From the human T2T-CHM13v2.0 reference genome, Homo sapiens, in the NCBI RefSeq assembly GCF_009914755.1, contig NC_060925.1: a stretch of DNA of 64,000 bases; one strand, written 5' to 3'. Every line of letters starts with the position of its first letter. Position 1 is the first letter of the stretch. Below are positions 14,101 through 28,600 of the stretch, in pieces. The position numbers and the translations under genes were made by a program. Under the pieces are notes generated by a model that was given only the letters and a program-made list of their open reading frames with translations, was not told the origin of the DNA and made no database searches.

Positions 14101-17100
14101 ATGGAATGGAATGGAATCATCGCATAGAATCGAATGGAATTATCATCGAATGGAATCGAATGGAATCAACATCAAACGGAAAAAAACGGAATTATCGAAT
14201 GGAATCGAAGAGAATCATCGAATGGACCCGAATGGAATCATCTAATGGAATGGAATGGAATAATCCATGGACTCGAATGCAATCATCATCGAATGGAATC
14301 GAATGGAATCATCGAATGGACTCGAATGGAATAATCATTGAACGGAATCGAATGGAATCATCATCGGATGGAAATGAATGGAATCATCATCGAATGGAAT
14401 CGAATAGAATTATGGAATGAAATCCAGTGTGATCATCATCGAATGGACCCGAATGGAATCATCATCCAACGGAAGCTAATGGAATCAACATCGAATGAAT
14501 CGAATGGAAACACCATCGAATTGAAACGAATGGAATTATCATGAAATTGAAATGGATGGACTCATCATCGAATGGATTCGAATGGAATCATCGAATAAAA
14601 TTGATTGAAATCATCATCCAATGGAATCGAATGGTATCATTGAATGGAATCGAATGGAATCATCATCAGATGGAAATGAATGGAATCGTCATAGAATGGA
14701 ATCGAATGGATTCATTGAATGGAATCAGATGGAATCATCGAATGGACTGGAATGGAATCATTGAATGGACTCGAAAGGGATCATGATTGAATGGAATTGA
14801 ATGGAATCATCGAATGGTCTCGATTGGAATCATTATCAAATGGAATGGAATGGAATCACCGAATAGAATCGAATGGAACAATCATCGAATGGACTCAAAT
14901 GGAATTATCCTCCAATGGAATCGAATGGAATTATCGAATGCAATCGAATGGAATTATCGAATGCAATCGAATAGAATCATCGAATGGACTCGAATGGAAT
15001 CATCGAATGGAATGGAATGGAACAGTCAATGAACTCGAATGGAATCATCATTGAATGGAATCGAATGGAATCATCGAGTGGAATCGAATGGAATTATGAT
15101 CAAATGGAATCGAATGTAATCCTCATCAAATGGAATCAAAAATAACCATCATCAATTGGTATTGAATGGAATTGTCATCAAATGGAATTCAAAGGAATCA
15201 TCATCAAATGGAACCGAATGGAATCCTCATTGAATGGAAATGAAAGGGGTCATCATCTAAGGGAATCGCATGGAATCATCATCAAATGGAATCGAATGGA
15301 ATCATCATCAAATGGAATCTAATGGAATCATTGAACAGAATTGAATGGAATCGTCATCGAATGAATTGAATGCAATCATCGAATGGTCTCGAATGGAATC
15401 ATCTTCTAATGGAAAGGAATGGAATCATCGCATAGAATCGAATGGAATTATCATCGAATGGAATCGAATGGTATCAACATCAAACGGAAAAAAACGGAAT
15501 TATCGAATGGAATCGAAGAGAATCTTCGAACGGACCCGAATGGAATCATCTAATGGAATGGAATGGAATAATCCATGGACTCGAATGCAATCATCATCGA
15601 ATGGAATGGAATGGAATCATCGAATGGACTCGAATGGAATAATCATTGAACGGAATCGAATGGAATCATCATCGGATGGAAACGAATGGAATCATCATCG
15701 AATGGAAATGAAAGGAGTCATCATCTAATGGAATTGCATGGAATCATCATAAAATGGAATCGAATGGAATCAACATCAAATGGAATCAAATGGAATCATT
15801 GAACGGAATTGAATGGAATCGTCATCGAATGAATTGACTGCAATCATCGAATGGTCTCGAATGGAATCATCTTCAAATGGAATGGAATGGAATCATCGCA
15901 CAGAATCGAATGGAATTATCATCGAATGGAATCGAATGGAATCAACATCAAACGGAAAAAAACGGAATTATCGAATGGAATCGAAGAGAATCATCGAATG
16001 GACCCGAATGGAATCATCTAATGGAATGGAATGGAATAATCCATGGACTCGAATGCAATCATCATCGAATGGAATCGAATGGAATCATCGAATGGATTCG
16101 AATGGAATAATCATTGAACGGAATCGAATGGAATCATCATCGGATGGAAATGAATGGAATCATCATCGAATGGAATCGAATAGAATTATGGAATGAAATC
16201 CAGTGTGATCATCATCGAATGGACCCGAATGGAATCATCATCCAACGGAAGCTAATGGAATCAACATCGAATGAATCGAATGGAAACACCATCGAATTGA
16301 AACGAATGGAATTATCATGAAATTGAAATGGATGGACTCATCATCGAATGGATTCGAATCGAATCATCGAATAAAATTGATTGAAATCATCATCAAATGG
16401 AATCGAATGGTATCATTGAATGGAATCGAATGGAATCATCATCAGATGGAAATGAATGGAATCGTCATAGAATGGAATCGAATGGATTCATTGAATGGAA
16501 TCAGATGGAATCATCGAATGGACTGGAATGGAATCATTGAATGGACTCGAAAGGGATCATGATTGAATGGAATTGAATGGAATCATCGAATGGTCTCGAT
16601 TGGAATCATTATCAAATGGAATGGAATGGAATCACCGAATAGAATCGAATGGAACAATCATCGAATGGACTCAAATGGAATTATCCTCCAATGGAATCGA
16701 ATGGAATTATCGAATGCAATCGAATGGAATTATCGAATGCAATCGAATAGAATCATCGAATGGACTCGAATGGAATCTTCGAATGGAATGGAATGGAACA
16801 GTCAATGAACTCGAATGGAATCATCATTGAATGGAATCGAATGGAATCATCGAGTGGAATCGAATGGAATTATGATCAAATGGAATCGAATGTAATCCTC
16901 ATCAAATGGAATCAAAAATAACCATCATCAATTGGTATTGAATGGAATTGTCATCAAATGGAATTCAAAGGAATCATCATCAAATGGAACCGAATGGAAT
17001 CCTCATTGAATGGAAATGAAAGGGGTCATCATCTAATGGAATCGCATGGAATCATCATCAAATGGAATCGAATGGAATCATCATCAAATGGAATCTAATG

Positions 17101-20100
17101 GAATCATTGAACAGAATTGAATGGAATCGTCATCGAATGAATTGAATGCAATCATCGAATGGTCTCGAATGGAATCATCTTCTAATGGAAAGGAATGGAA
17201 TCATCGCATAGAATCGAATGGAATTATCATCGAATGGAATCGAATGGTATCAACACCAAACGGAAAAAAACGGAATTATCGAATGGAATCGAAGAGAATC
17301 TTCGAACGGACCCGAATGGAATCATCTAATGGAATGGAATGGAATAATCCATGGACTCGAATGCAATCATCATCGAATGGAATCGAATGGAATCATCGAA
17401 TGGACTCGAATGGAATAATCATTGAACGGAATCGAATGGAATCATCATCGGATGGAAACGAATGGAATCATCATCGAATGGAAATGAAAGGAGTCATCAT
17501 CTAATGGAATTGCATGGAATCATCATAAAATGGAATCGAATGGAATCAACATCAAATGGAATCAAATGGAATCATTGAACGGAATTGAATGAAATCGTCA
17601 TCGAATGAATTGAATGCAATCATCGAATGGTCTCGAATGGAATCATCTTCAAATGGAATGGAATGGAATCATCGCATAGAATCGAATGGAATTATCATCG
17701 AATGGAATCGAATGGAATCAACATCAAACGGAAAAAAAAGTAATTATCGAATGGAATCGAAGAGAATCATCGAATGGACCCGAATGGAATCATCTAATGG
17801 AATGGAATGGAATAATCCATGGACTCGAATGCAATCATCATCGAATGGAATCGAATGGAATCATCGAATGGACTCGAATGGAATAATCATTGAACGGAAT
17901 CGAATGGAATCATCATCGGATGGAAATGAATGGAATCATCATCGAATGGAATCGAATAGAATTATGGAATGAAATCCAGTGTGATCATCATCGAATGGAC
18001 CCGAATGGAATCATCATCCAACGGAAGCTAATGGAATCAACATCGAATGAATCGAATGGAAACACCATCGAATTGAAACGAATGGAATTATCATGAAATT
18101 GAAATGGATGGACTCATCATCGAATGGATTCGAATGGAATCATCGAATAAAATTGATTGAAATCATCATCCAATGGAATCGAATGATATCATTGAATGGA
18201 ATCGAATGGAATCATCATCAGATGGAAATGAATGGAATCGTCATAGAATGGAATCGAATGGATTCATTGAATGGAATCAGATGGAATCATCGAATGGACT
18301 GGAATGGAATCATTGAATGGACTCGAAAGGGATCATTATTGAATGGAATTGAATGGAATCATCGAATGGTCTCGATTGGAATCATTATCAAATGGAATGG
18401 AATGGAATCACCGAATAGAATCGAATGGAACAATCATCGAATGGACTCAAATGGAATTATCCTCCAATGGAATCGAATGGAATTATCGAATGCAATCGAA
18501 TGGAATTATCGAATGCAATCGAATAGAATCATCGAATGGACTCGAATGGAATCATCGAATGGAATGGAATGGAACAGTCAATGAACTCGAATGGAATCAT
18601 CATTGAATGGAATCGAATGGAATCATCGAGTGGAATCGAATGGAATTATGATCAAATGGAATCGAATGTAATCCTCATCAAATGGAATCAAAAATAACCA
18701 TCATCAATTGGTATTGAATGGAATTGTCATCAAATGGAATTCAAAGGAATCATCATCAAATGGAACCGAATGGAATCCTCATTGAATGGAAATGAAAGGG
18801 GTCATCATCTAAGGGAATCGCATGGAATCATCATCAAATGGAATCGAATGGAATCATCATCAAATGGAATCTAATGGAATCATTGAACAGAATTGAATGG
18901 AATCGTCATCGAATGAATTGAATGCAATCATCGAATGGTCTCGAATGGAATCATCTTCTAATGGAAAGGAATGGAATCATCGCATAGAATCGAATGGAAT
19001 TATCATCGAATGGAATCGAATGGTATCAACATCAAACGGAAAAAAACGGAATTATCGAATGGAATCGAAGAGAATCTTCGAACGGACCCGAATGGAATCA
19101 CCTAATGGAATGGAATGGAATAATCCATGGACTCGAATGCAATCATCATCGAATGGAATGGAATGGAATCATCGAATGGACTCGAATGGAATAATCATTG
19201 AACGGAATCGAATGGAATCTTCATCGGATGGAAACGAATGGAATCATCATCGAATGGAAATGAAAGGAGTCATCATCTAATGGAATTGCATGGAATCATC
19301 ATAAAATGGAATCGAATGGAATCAACATCAAATGGAATCAAATGGAATCATTGAACGGAATTGAATGGAATCGTCATCGAATGAATTGACTGCAATCATC
19401 GAATGGTCTCGAATGGAATCATCTTCAAATGGAATGGAATGGAATCATCGCATAGAATCGAATGGAATTATCATCGAATGGAATCGAATGGAATCAACAT
19501 CAAACGGAAAAAAACGGAATTATCGAATGGAATCGAAGAGAATCATCGAATGGACCCGAATGGAATCATCTAATGGAATGGAATGGAATAATCCATGGAC
19601 TCGAATGCAATCATCATCGAATGGAATCGAATGGAATCATCGAATGGACTCGAATGGAATAATCATTGAACGGAATCGAATGGAATCATCATCGGATGGA
19701 AATGAATGGAATCATCATCGAATGGAATCGAATAGAATTATGGAATGAAATCCAGTGTGATCATCATCGAATGGACCCGAATGGAATCATCATCCAACGG
19801 AAGCTAATGGAATCAACATCGAATGAGTCAAATGGAAACACCATCGAATTGAAACGAATGGAATTATCATGAAATTGAAATGGATGGACTCATCATCGAA
19901 TGGATTCGAATGGAATCATCGAATAAAATTGATTGAAATCATCATCGAATGGAATCGAATGGTATCATTGAATGGAATCGAATGGAATCATCATCAGATG
20001 GAAATGAATGGAATCGTCATAGAATGGAATCGAATGGATTCATTGAATGGAATCAGATGGAATCATCGAATGGACTGGAATGGAATCATTGAATGGACTC

Positions 20101-23100
20101 GAAAGGGATCATGATTGAATGGAATTGAATGGAATCATCGAATGGTCTCGATTGGAATCATTATCAAATGGAATCGAATGGAATCACCGAATAGAATCGA
20201 ATGGAACAATCATCGAATGGACTCAAATGGAATTATCCTCAAATGGAATCGAATGGAATTATCGAATGCAATCGAATGGAATTATCGAATGCAATCGAAT
20301 AGAATCATCGAATGGACTCGAATGGAATCATCGAATGGAATGGAATGGAACAGTCAATGAACTCGAATGGAATCATCATTGAATGGAATCGAATGGAATC
20401 ATCGAGTGGAATCGAATGGAATTATGATCAAATGGAATCGAATGTTATCATCATCAAATGGAATCAAAAATAACCATCATCAATTGGTATTGAATGGAAT
20501 TGTCATCAAATGGAATTCAAAGGAATCATCATCAAATGGAACCGAATGGAATCCTCATTGAATGGAAATGAAAGGGGTCATCATCTAATGGAATCGCATG
20601 GAATCATCATCAAATGGAATCGAATGGAATCATCATCAAATGGAATCTAATGGAATCATTGAACAGAATTGAATGGAATCGTCATCGAATGAATTGAATG
20701 CAATCATCGAATGGTCTCGAATGGAATCATCTTCTAATGGAAAGGAATGGAATCATCGCATAGAATCGAATGGAATTATCATCGAATGGAATCGAATGGT
20801 ATCAACACCAAACGGAAAAAAACGGAATTATCGAATGGAATCGAAGAGAATCTTCGAACGGACCCGAATGGAATCATCTAATGGAATGGAATGGAATAAT
20901 CCATGGACTCGAATGCAATCAAAATCGAATGGAATCGAATGGAATCATCGAATGGACTCGAATGGAATAATCATTGAACGGAATCGAATGGAATCATCAT
21001 CGGATGGAAACGAATGGAATCATCATCGAATGGAAATGAAAGGAGTCATCATCTAATGGAATTGCATGGAATCATCATAAAATGGAATCGAATGGAATCA
21101 ACATCAAATGGAATCAAATGGAATCATTGAACGGAATTGAATGGAATCGTCATCGAATGAATTGACTGCAATCATCCAATGGTCTCGAATGGAATCATCT
21201 TCAAATGGAATGGAATGGAATCATCGCATAGAATCGAATGGAATTATCATCGAATGGAATCGAATGGAATCAACATCAAACGGAAAAAAACGGAATTATC
21301 GAATGGAATCGAAGAGAATCATCGAATGGACCCGAATGGAATCATCTAATGGAATGGAATGGAATAATCCATGGACTCGAATGCAATCATCATCGAATGG
21401 AATCAAATGGAATCATCGAATGGACTCGAATGGAATAATCATTGAACGGAATCGAATGGAATCGTCATCGGATGGAAATGAATGGAATCATCATCGAATG
21501 GAATCGAATAGAATTATGGAATGAAATCCAGTGTGATCATCATCGAATGGACCCGAATGGAATCATCATCCAACGGAAGCTAATGGAATCAACATCGAAT
21601 GAATCAAATGGAAACACCATCGAATTGAAACGAATGGAATTATCATGAAATTGAAATGGATGGACTCATCATCGAATGGATTCGAATGGAATCATCGAAT
21701 AAAATTGATTGAAATCATCATCCAATGGAATCGAATGGTATCATTGAATGGAATCGAATGGAATCATCATCAGATGGAAATGAATGGAATCGTCATAGAA
21801 TGGAATCGAATGGATTCATTGAATGGAATCAGATGGAATCATCGAATGGACTGGAATGGAATCATTGAATGGACTCGAAAGGGATCATTATTGAATGGAA
21901 TTGAATGGAATCATCGAATGGTCTCGATTGGAATCATTATCAAATGGAATCGAATGGAATCACCGAATAGAATCGAATGGAACAATCATCGAATGGACTC
22001 AAATGGAATTATCCTCAAATGGAATCGAATGGAATTATCGAATGCAATCGAATGGAATTATCGAATGCAATCGAATATAATGATCGAATGGACTCGAATG
22101 GAATCATCGAATGGAATGGAATGGAACAGTCAATGAACTCGAATGGAATCATCATTGAATGGAATCGAATGGAATCATCGAGTGGAATCGAATGGAATTA
22201 TGATCAAATTGCAATCGAATGTAATCCTCATCAAATGGAATCAAAAATAACCATCATCAATTGGTATTGAATGGAATTGTCATCAAATGGAATTCAAAGG
22301 AATCATCATCAAATGGAACCGAATGGAATCCTCATTGAATGGAAATGAAAGGGGTCATCATCTAATGGAATCGCATGGAATCATCATCAAATGGAATCGA
22401 ATGGAATCATCATCAAATGGAATCTAATGGAATCATTGAACAGAATTGAATGGAATCGTCATCGAATGAATTGAATGCAATCATCGAATGGTCTCGAATG
22501 GAATCATCTTCTAATGGAAAGGAATGGAATCATCGCATAGAATCGAATGGAATTATCATCGAATGGAATCGAATGGTATCAACACCAAACGGAAAAAAAC
22601 GGAATTATCGAATGGAATCGAAGAGAATCTTCGAACGGACCCGAATGGAATCATCTAATGGAATGGAATGGAATAATCCATGGACTCGAATGCAATCATC
22701 ATCGAATGGAATCGAATGGAATCATCGAATGGACTCGAATGGAATAATCATTGAACGGAATCGAATGGAATCATCATCGGATGGAAACGAATGGAATCAT
22801 CATCGAATGGAAATGAAAGGAGTCATCATCTAATGGAATTGCATGGAATCATCATAAAATGGAATCGAATGGAATCAACATCAAATGGAATCAAATGGAA
22901 TCATTGAACGGAATTGAATGGAATCGTCATCGAATGAATTGACTGCAATCATCGAATGGTCTCGAATGGAATCATCTTCAAATGGAATGGAATGGAATCA
23001 TCGCATAGAATCGAATGGAATTATCATCGAATGGAATCGAATGGAATCAACATCAAACGGAAAAAAACGGAATTATCGAATGGAATCGAAGAGAATCATC

Positions 23101-23421
23101 GAATGGACCCGAATGGAATCATCTAATGGAATGGAATGGAATAATCCATGGACTCGAATGCAATCATCATCGAATGGAATCGAATGGAATCATCGAATGG
23201 ACTCGAATGGAATAATCATTGAACGGAATCGAATGGAATCATCATCGGATGGAAATGAATGGAATCATCATCGAATGGAATCGAATAGAATTATGGAATG
23301 AAATCCAGTGTGATCATCATCGAATGGACCCGAATGGAATCATCATCCAACGGAAGCTAATGGAATCAACATCGAATGAATCGAATGGAAACACCATCGA
23401 ATTGAAACGAATGGAATTATC

Positions 23422-25665
23422 ATGAAATTGAAATGGATGGACTCATCATCGAATGGATTCGAATGGAATCATCGAATAAAATTGATTGAAATCATCATCC
23501 AATGGAATCGAATGGTATCATTGAATGGAATCGAATGGAATCATCATCAGATGGAAATGAATGGAATCGTCATAGAATGGAATCGAATGGATTCATTGAA
23601 TGGAATCAGATGGAATCATCGAATGGACTGGAATGGAATCATTGAATGGACTCGAAAGGGATCATTATTGAATGGAATTGAATGGAATCATCGAATGGTC
23701 TCGATTGGAATCATTATCAAATGGAATGGAATGGAATCACCGAATAGAATCGAATGGAACAATCATCGAATGGACTCAAATGGAATTATCCTCCAATGGA
23801 ATCGAATGGAATTATCGAATGCAATCGAATGGAATTATCGAATGCAATCGAATAGAATCATCGAATGGACTCGAATGGAATCATCGAATGGAATGGAATG
23901 GAACAGTCAATGAACTCGAATGGAATCATCATTGAATGGAATCGAATGGAATCATCGAGTGGAATCGAAAGAAATTATGATCAAATGGAAGCGAATGTAA
24001 TCATCATCAAATGGAATCAAAAATAACCATCATCAACTGGTATTGAATGGAATTCTCATCAAATGGAATTCAAAGGAATCATCATCAAATGGAACTGAAT
24101 GGAATCCTCATTGAATGGAAATGAAAGGGGTCATCATCTAATGGAATCGCATGGAATCATCATCAAATGGAATCGAATGGAATCATCATCAAATGGAATT
24201 TGATGGAATCATTGAACAGAATTGAATGGAATCGTCATCGAATGAATTGAATGCAATCATCGAATGGTCTCGAATGTAATCACATTCTAATGGAAAGGAA
24301 TGGAATCATTTCATAGAATCGAATGGAATTAACATTGAATGGACTCGAATGGAATCAACATCAAACGGAATCAAGCGGAATTATCGAATGGAATCGAAGA
24401 GAATCAACGAATGGACTCGAATGGAATCATCTAATGGAATGGAATGGAATAATCCACGGACCCGAATGCAATCATCATCGTATAGAACCGAATGGAATCA
24501 TCGAATGGACTCGAATGGAATAATCATTGAACGGAATCGAATGGAATCATCATCGGATGGAAACGAATGGAATCATCATCGAATGGAAATGAAAGGAGTC
24601 ATCATCTAATGGAATTGCATGGAATCATCATAAAATGGAATCGAATGGAATCAACATCAAATGGAATCAAATGGAATCATTGAACGGAATTGAATGGAAT
24701 CATCATCGAATGAATTGAATGCAATCATCGAATGGTCTCGAATGCAATCATCTTCAAATGGAATGGAATGGAATCATCGCATAGAATCGAATGGAATTAT
24801 CATCGAATGGAATCGAATGGTATCAACATCAAACGGAAAAAAACGGAATTATCGAATGAAATCGAAGAGAATCCTCGAACGGACCCGAATGGAATCATCT
24901 AATGGAATGGAATGGAATAATCCATGGAGTCGAATGCAATCATCATCGAATGGAATCGAATGGAATCATCGAATGGACTCGAATGGAATAATCATTGAAC
25001 GGAATCGAATGGAATCATCATCGGATGGAAACGAATGGAATCATCATCGAATGGAAATGAAAGGAGTCATCATCTAATGGAATTGCATGGAATCATCATC
25101 AATTGGAATCGAATGGAATCAACATCAAATGGAATCAAATGGAATCATTGAACGGAATTGAATGGAATCGTCATCGAATGAATTGAATGCAATCATCGAA
25201 TGGTCTCGAATGGAATCATCTTCAAATGGAATGGAATGGAATCATCGCATAGAATCGAATGGAATTATCATCGAATGGAATCGAATGGAATCAACATCAA
25301 ACGGAAAAAAACGGAATTATCGAATGGAATCGAAGAGAATCATCGAATGGACCCGAATGGAATCATCTAATGGAATGGAATGGAATAATCCATGGACTCG
25401 AATGCAATCATCATCGAATGGAATCGAATGGAATCATCGAATGGACTCGAATGGAATAATCATTGAACGGAATCGAATGGAATCATCATCGGATGGAAAT
25501 GAATGGAATCATCATCGAATGGAATCGAATAGAATTATGGAATGAAATCCAGTGTGATCATCATCGAATGGACCCAAATGGAATCATCATCCAACGGAAG
25601 CTAATGGAATCAACATCGAATGAATCAAATGGAAACACCATCGAATTGAAACGAATGGAATTACC
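23422..25665 (+). repeat. Long variant unit, 2244 bp (three 468-bp blocks)
   Basis: Landmark spacing 23422 to 25666 = 1776+468; equivalent block positions at 24226, 24694 and 25162. Confidence 0.92.
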
Positions 25666-28600
25666 ATGAAATTGAAATGGATGGACTCATCCTCAAATGG
25701 ATTCGAGTGGAATCAACGAATAAAATTGATTGAAATCATCATCGAATGGAATCGAATGGTATCATTGAATGGAATCGAATGGAATCATCATCAGATGGAA
25801 ATGAAAGGAATCGTCATAGAATGGAATCGAATGGATTCATTGAATGGAATCAGATGGAATCATTGAATGGACTGGAATGGAATCATTGAATGGACTCGAA
25901 AGGGATCATTATTGAATGGAATTGAATGGAATCATCGAATGGTCTCGATTGGAATCATTATCAAATGGAATCGAATGGAATCACCGAATAGAATCGAATG
26001 GAACAATCATCGAATGGACTCAAATGGAATTATCCTCAAATGGAATTGAATGGAATTATCGAATGCAATCGAATGGAATTATCGAATGCAATCGAATAGA
26101 ATCATCGAATGGACTCGAATGGAATCATCGAATGGAATGGAATGGAACAGTCAATGAACTCGAATGGAATCATCATTGAATGGAATCGAATGGAATCATC
26201 GAGTGGAATCGAATGTAATCATCATCAAATGGAATCAAAAATAACCATCATCAAATGGAATCAAAAATAACCATCATCAATTGGTATTGAATGGAATTCT
26301 CATCAAATGGAGTTCAAAGGAATCATAATCAAATGGAACCGAATGGAATCCTCATTGAATGGAAATGAAAGGGGTCATCATCTAATGGAATCGCATGGAA
26401 TCATCATAAAATGGAATCGAATGGAATCAACATCAAATGGAATCAAATGGAATATTTGAACGGAATTGAATGGAATCGTCATCGAATGAATTGAATGCAA
26501 TCATCGAATGGTCTCGAATGGAATCATCTTCAAATGGAATGGAATGGAATCATCGCATAGAATCGAATGGAATTATCATCGAATGGAATCGAATGGTATC
26601 AACACCAAACGGAAAAAAACGGAATTATCGAATGGAATCGAAGAGAATCTTCGAACGGACCCGAATGGAATCATCTAATGGAATGGAATGGAATAATCCA
26701 TGGACTCTAATGCAATCATAATCGAATGGAATGGAATGGAATCATCGAATGGACTCGAATGGAATAATCATTGAACGGAATCGAATGGAATCATCATCGG
26801 ATGGAAACGAATGGAATCATCATCGAATGGAAATGAAAGGAGTCATCATCTAATGGAATTGCATGGAATCATCATAAAATGGAATCGAATGGAATCAACA
26901 TCAAATGGAATCAAATGGAATCATTGAACGGAATTGAATGGAATCGTCATCGAATGAATTGACTGCAATCATCGAATGGTCTCGAATGGAATCATCTTCA
27001 AATGGAAGGGAATGGAATCATCGCATAGAATCGAATGGAATTATCATCGAATGGAATCGAATGGAATCAACATCAAACGGAAAAAAACAGAATTATCGTA
27101 TGGAATCGAAGAGAATCATGGAATGGACCCGAATGGAATCATCTAATGGAATGGAATGGAATAATCCATGGACTCGAATGCAATCATCATCGAATGGAAT
27201 CGAATGGAATCATCGAATGGACTCGAATGGAATAATCATTGAACGGAATCGAATGGAATCATCATCGGATGGAAATGAATGGAATCATCATCGAATGGAA
27301 TCGAATAGAATTATGGAATGAAATCCAGTGTGATCATCATCGAATGGACCCGAATGGAATCATCATCCAACGGAAGCTAATGGAATCAACATCGAATGAA
27401 TCGAATGGAAACACCATCGAATTGAAACGAATGGAATTATCATGAAATTGAAATGGATGGACTCATCATCGAATGGATTCGAATCGAATCATCGAATAAA
27501 ATTGATAGAAATCATCATCCAATGGAATCGAATGGTATCATTGAATGGAATCGAATGGAATCATCATCAGATGGAAATGAATGGAATCGTCATAGAATGG
27601 AATCGAATGGATTCATTGAATGGAATCAGATGGAATCATCGAATGGACTGGAATGGAATCATTGAATGGACTCGAAAGGGATCATTATTGAATGGAATTG
27701 AATGGAATCATCGAATGGTCTCGATTGGAATCATTACCAAATGGAATCGAATGGAATCACCGAACAGAATCGAATGGAACAATCATCGAATGGACTCAAA
27801 TGGAATTATCCTCAAATGGAATCGAATGGAATTATCGAATGCAATCGAATGGAATTATCGAATGCAATCGAATAGAATCATCGAATGGACTCGAATGGAA
27901 TCATCGAATGGAATGGAATGGAACAGTCAATGAACTCGAATGGAATCATCATTGAATGGAATCGAATGGAATCATCGAGTGGAATCGAATGGAATTATGA
28001 TCAAATGGAATCGAATGTAATCATCATCAAATGGAATCAAAAATAACCATCATCAATTGGTATTGAATGGAATTGTCATCAAATGGAATTCAAAGGAATC
28101 ATCATCAAATGGAACCGAATGGAATCCTCATTGAATGGAAATGAAAGGGGTCATCATCTAATGGAATCGCATGGAATCATCATCAAATGGAATCGAATGG
28201 AATCATCATCAAATGGAATCTAATGGAATCATTGAACAGAATTGAATGGAATCGTCATCGAATGAATTGAATGCAATCATCGAATGGTCTCGAATGGAAT
28301 CATCTTCTAATGGAAAGGAATGGAATCATCGCATAGAATCGAATGGAATTATCATCGAATGGAATCGAATGGTATCAACACCAAACGGAAAAAAACGGAA
28401 TTATCGAATGGAATCGAAGAGAATCTTCGAACGGACCCGAATGGAATCATCTAATTGAATGGAATGGAATAATCCATGGACTCGAATGCAATCATCATCG
28501 AATGGAATCGAATGGAATCATCGAATGGACTCGAATGGAATAATCATTGAACGGAATCGAATGGAATCATCATCGGATGGAAACGAATGGAATCATCATC

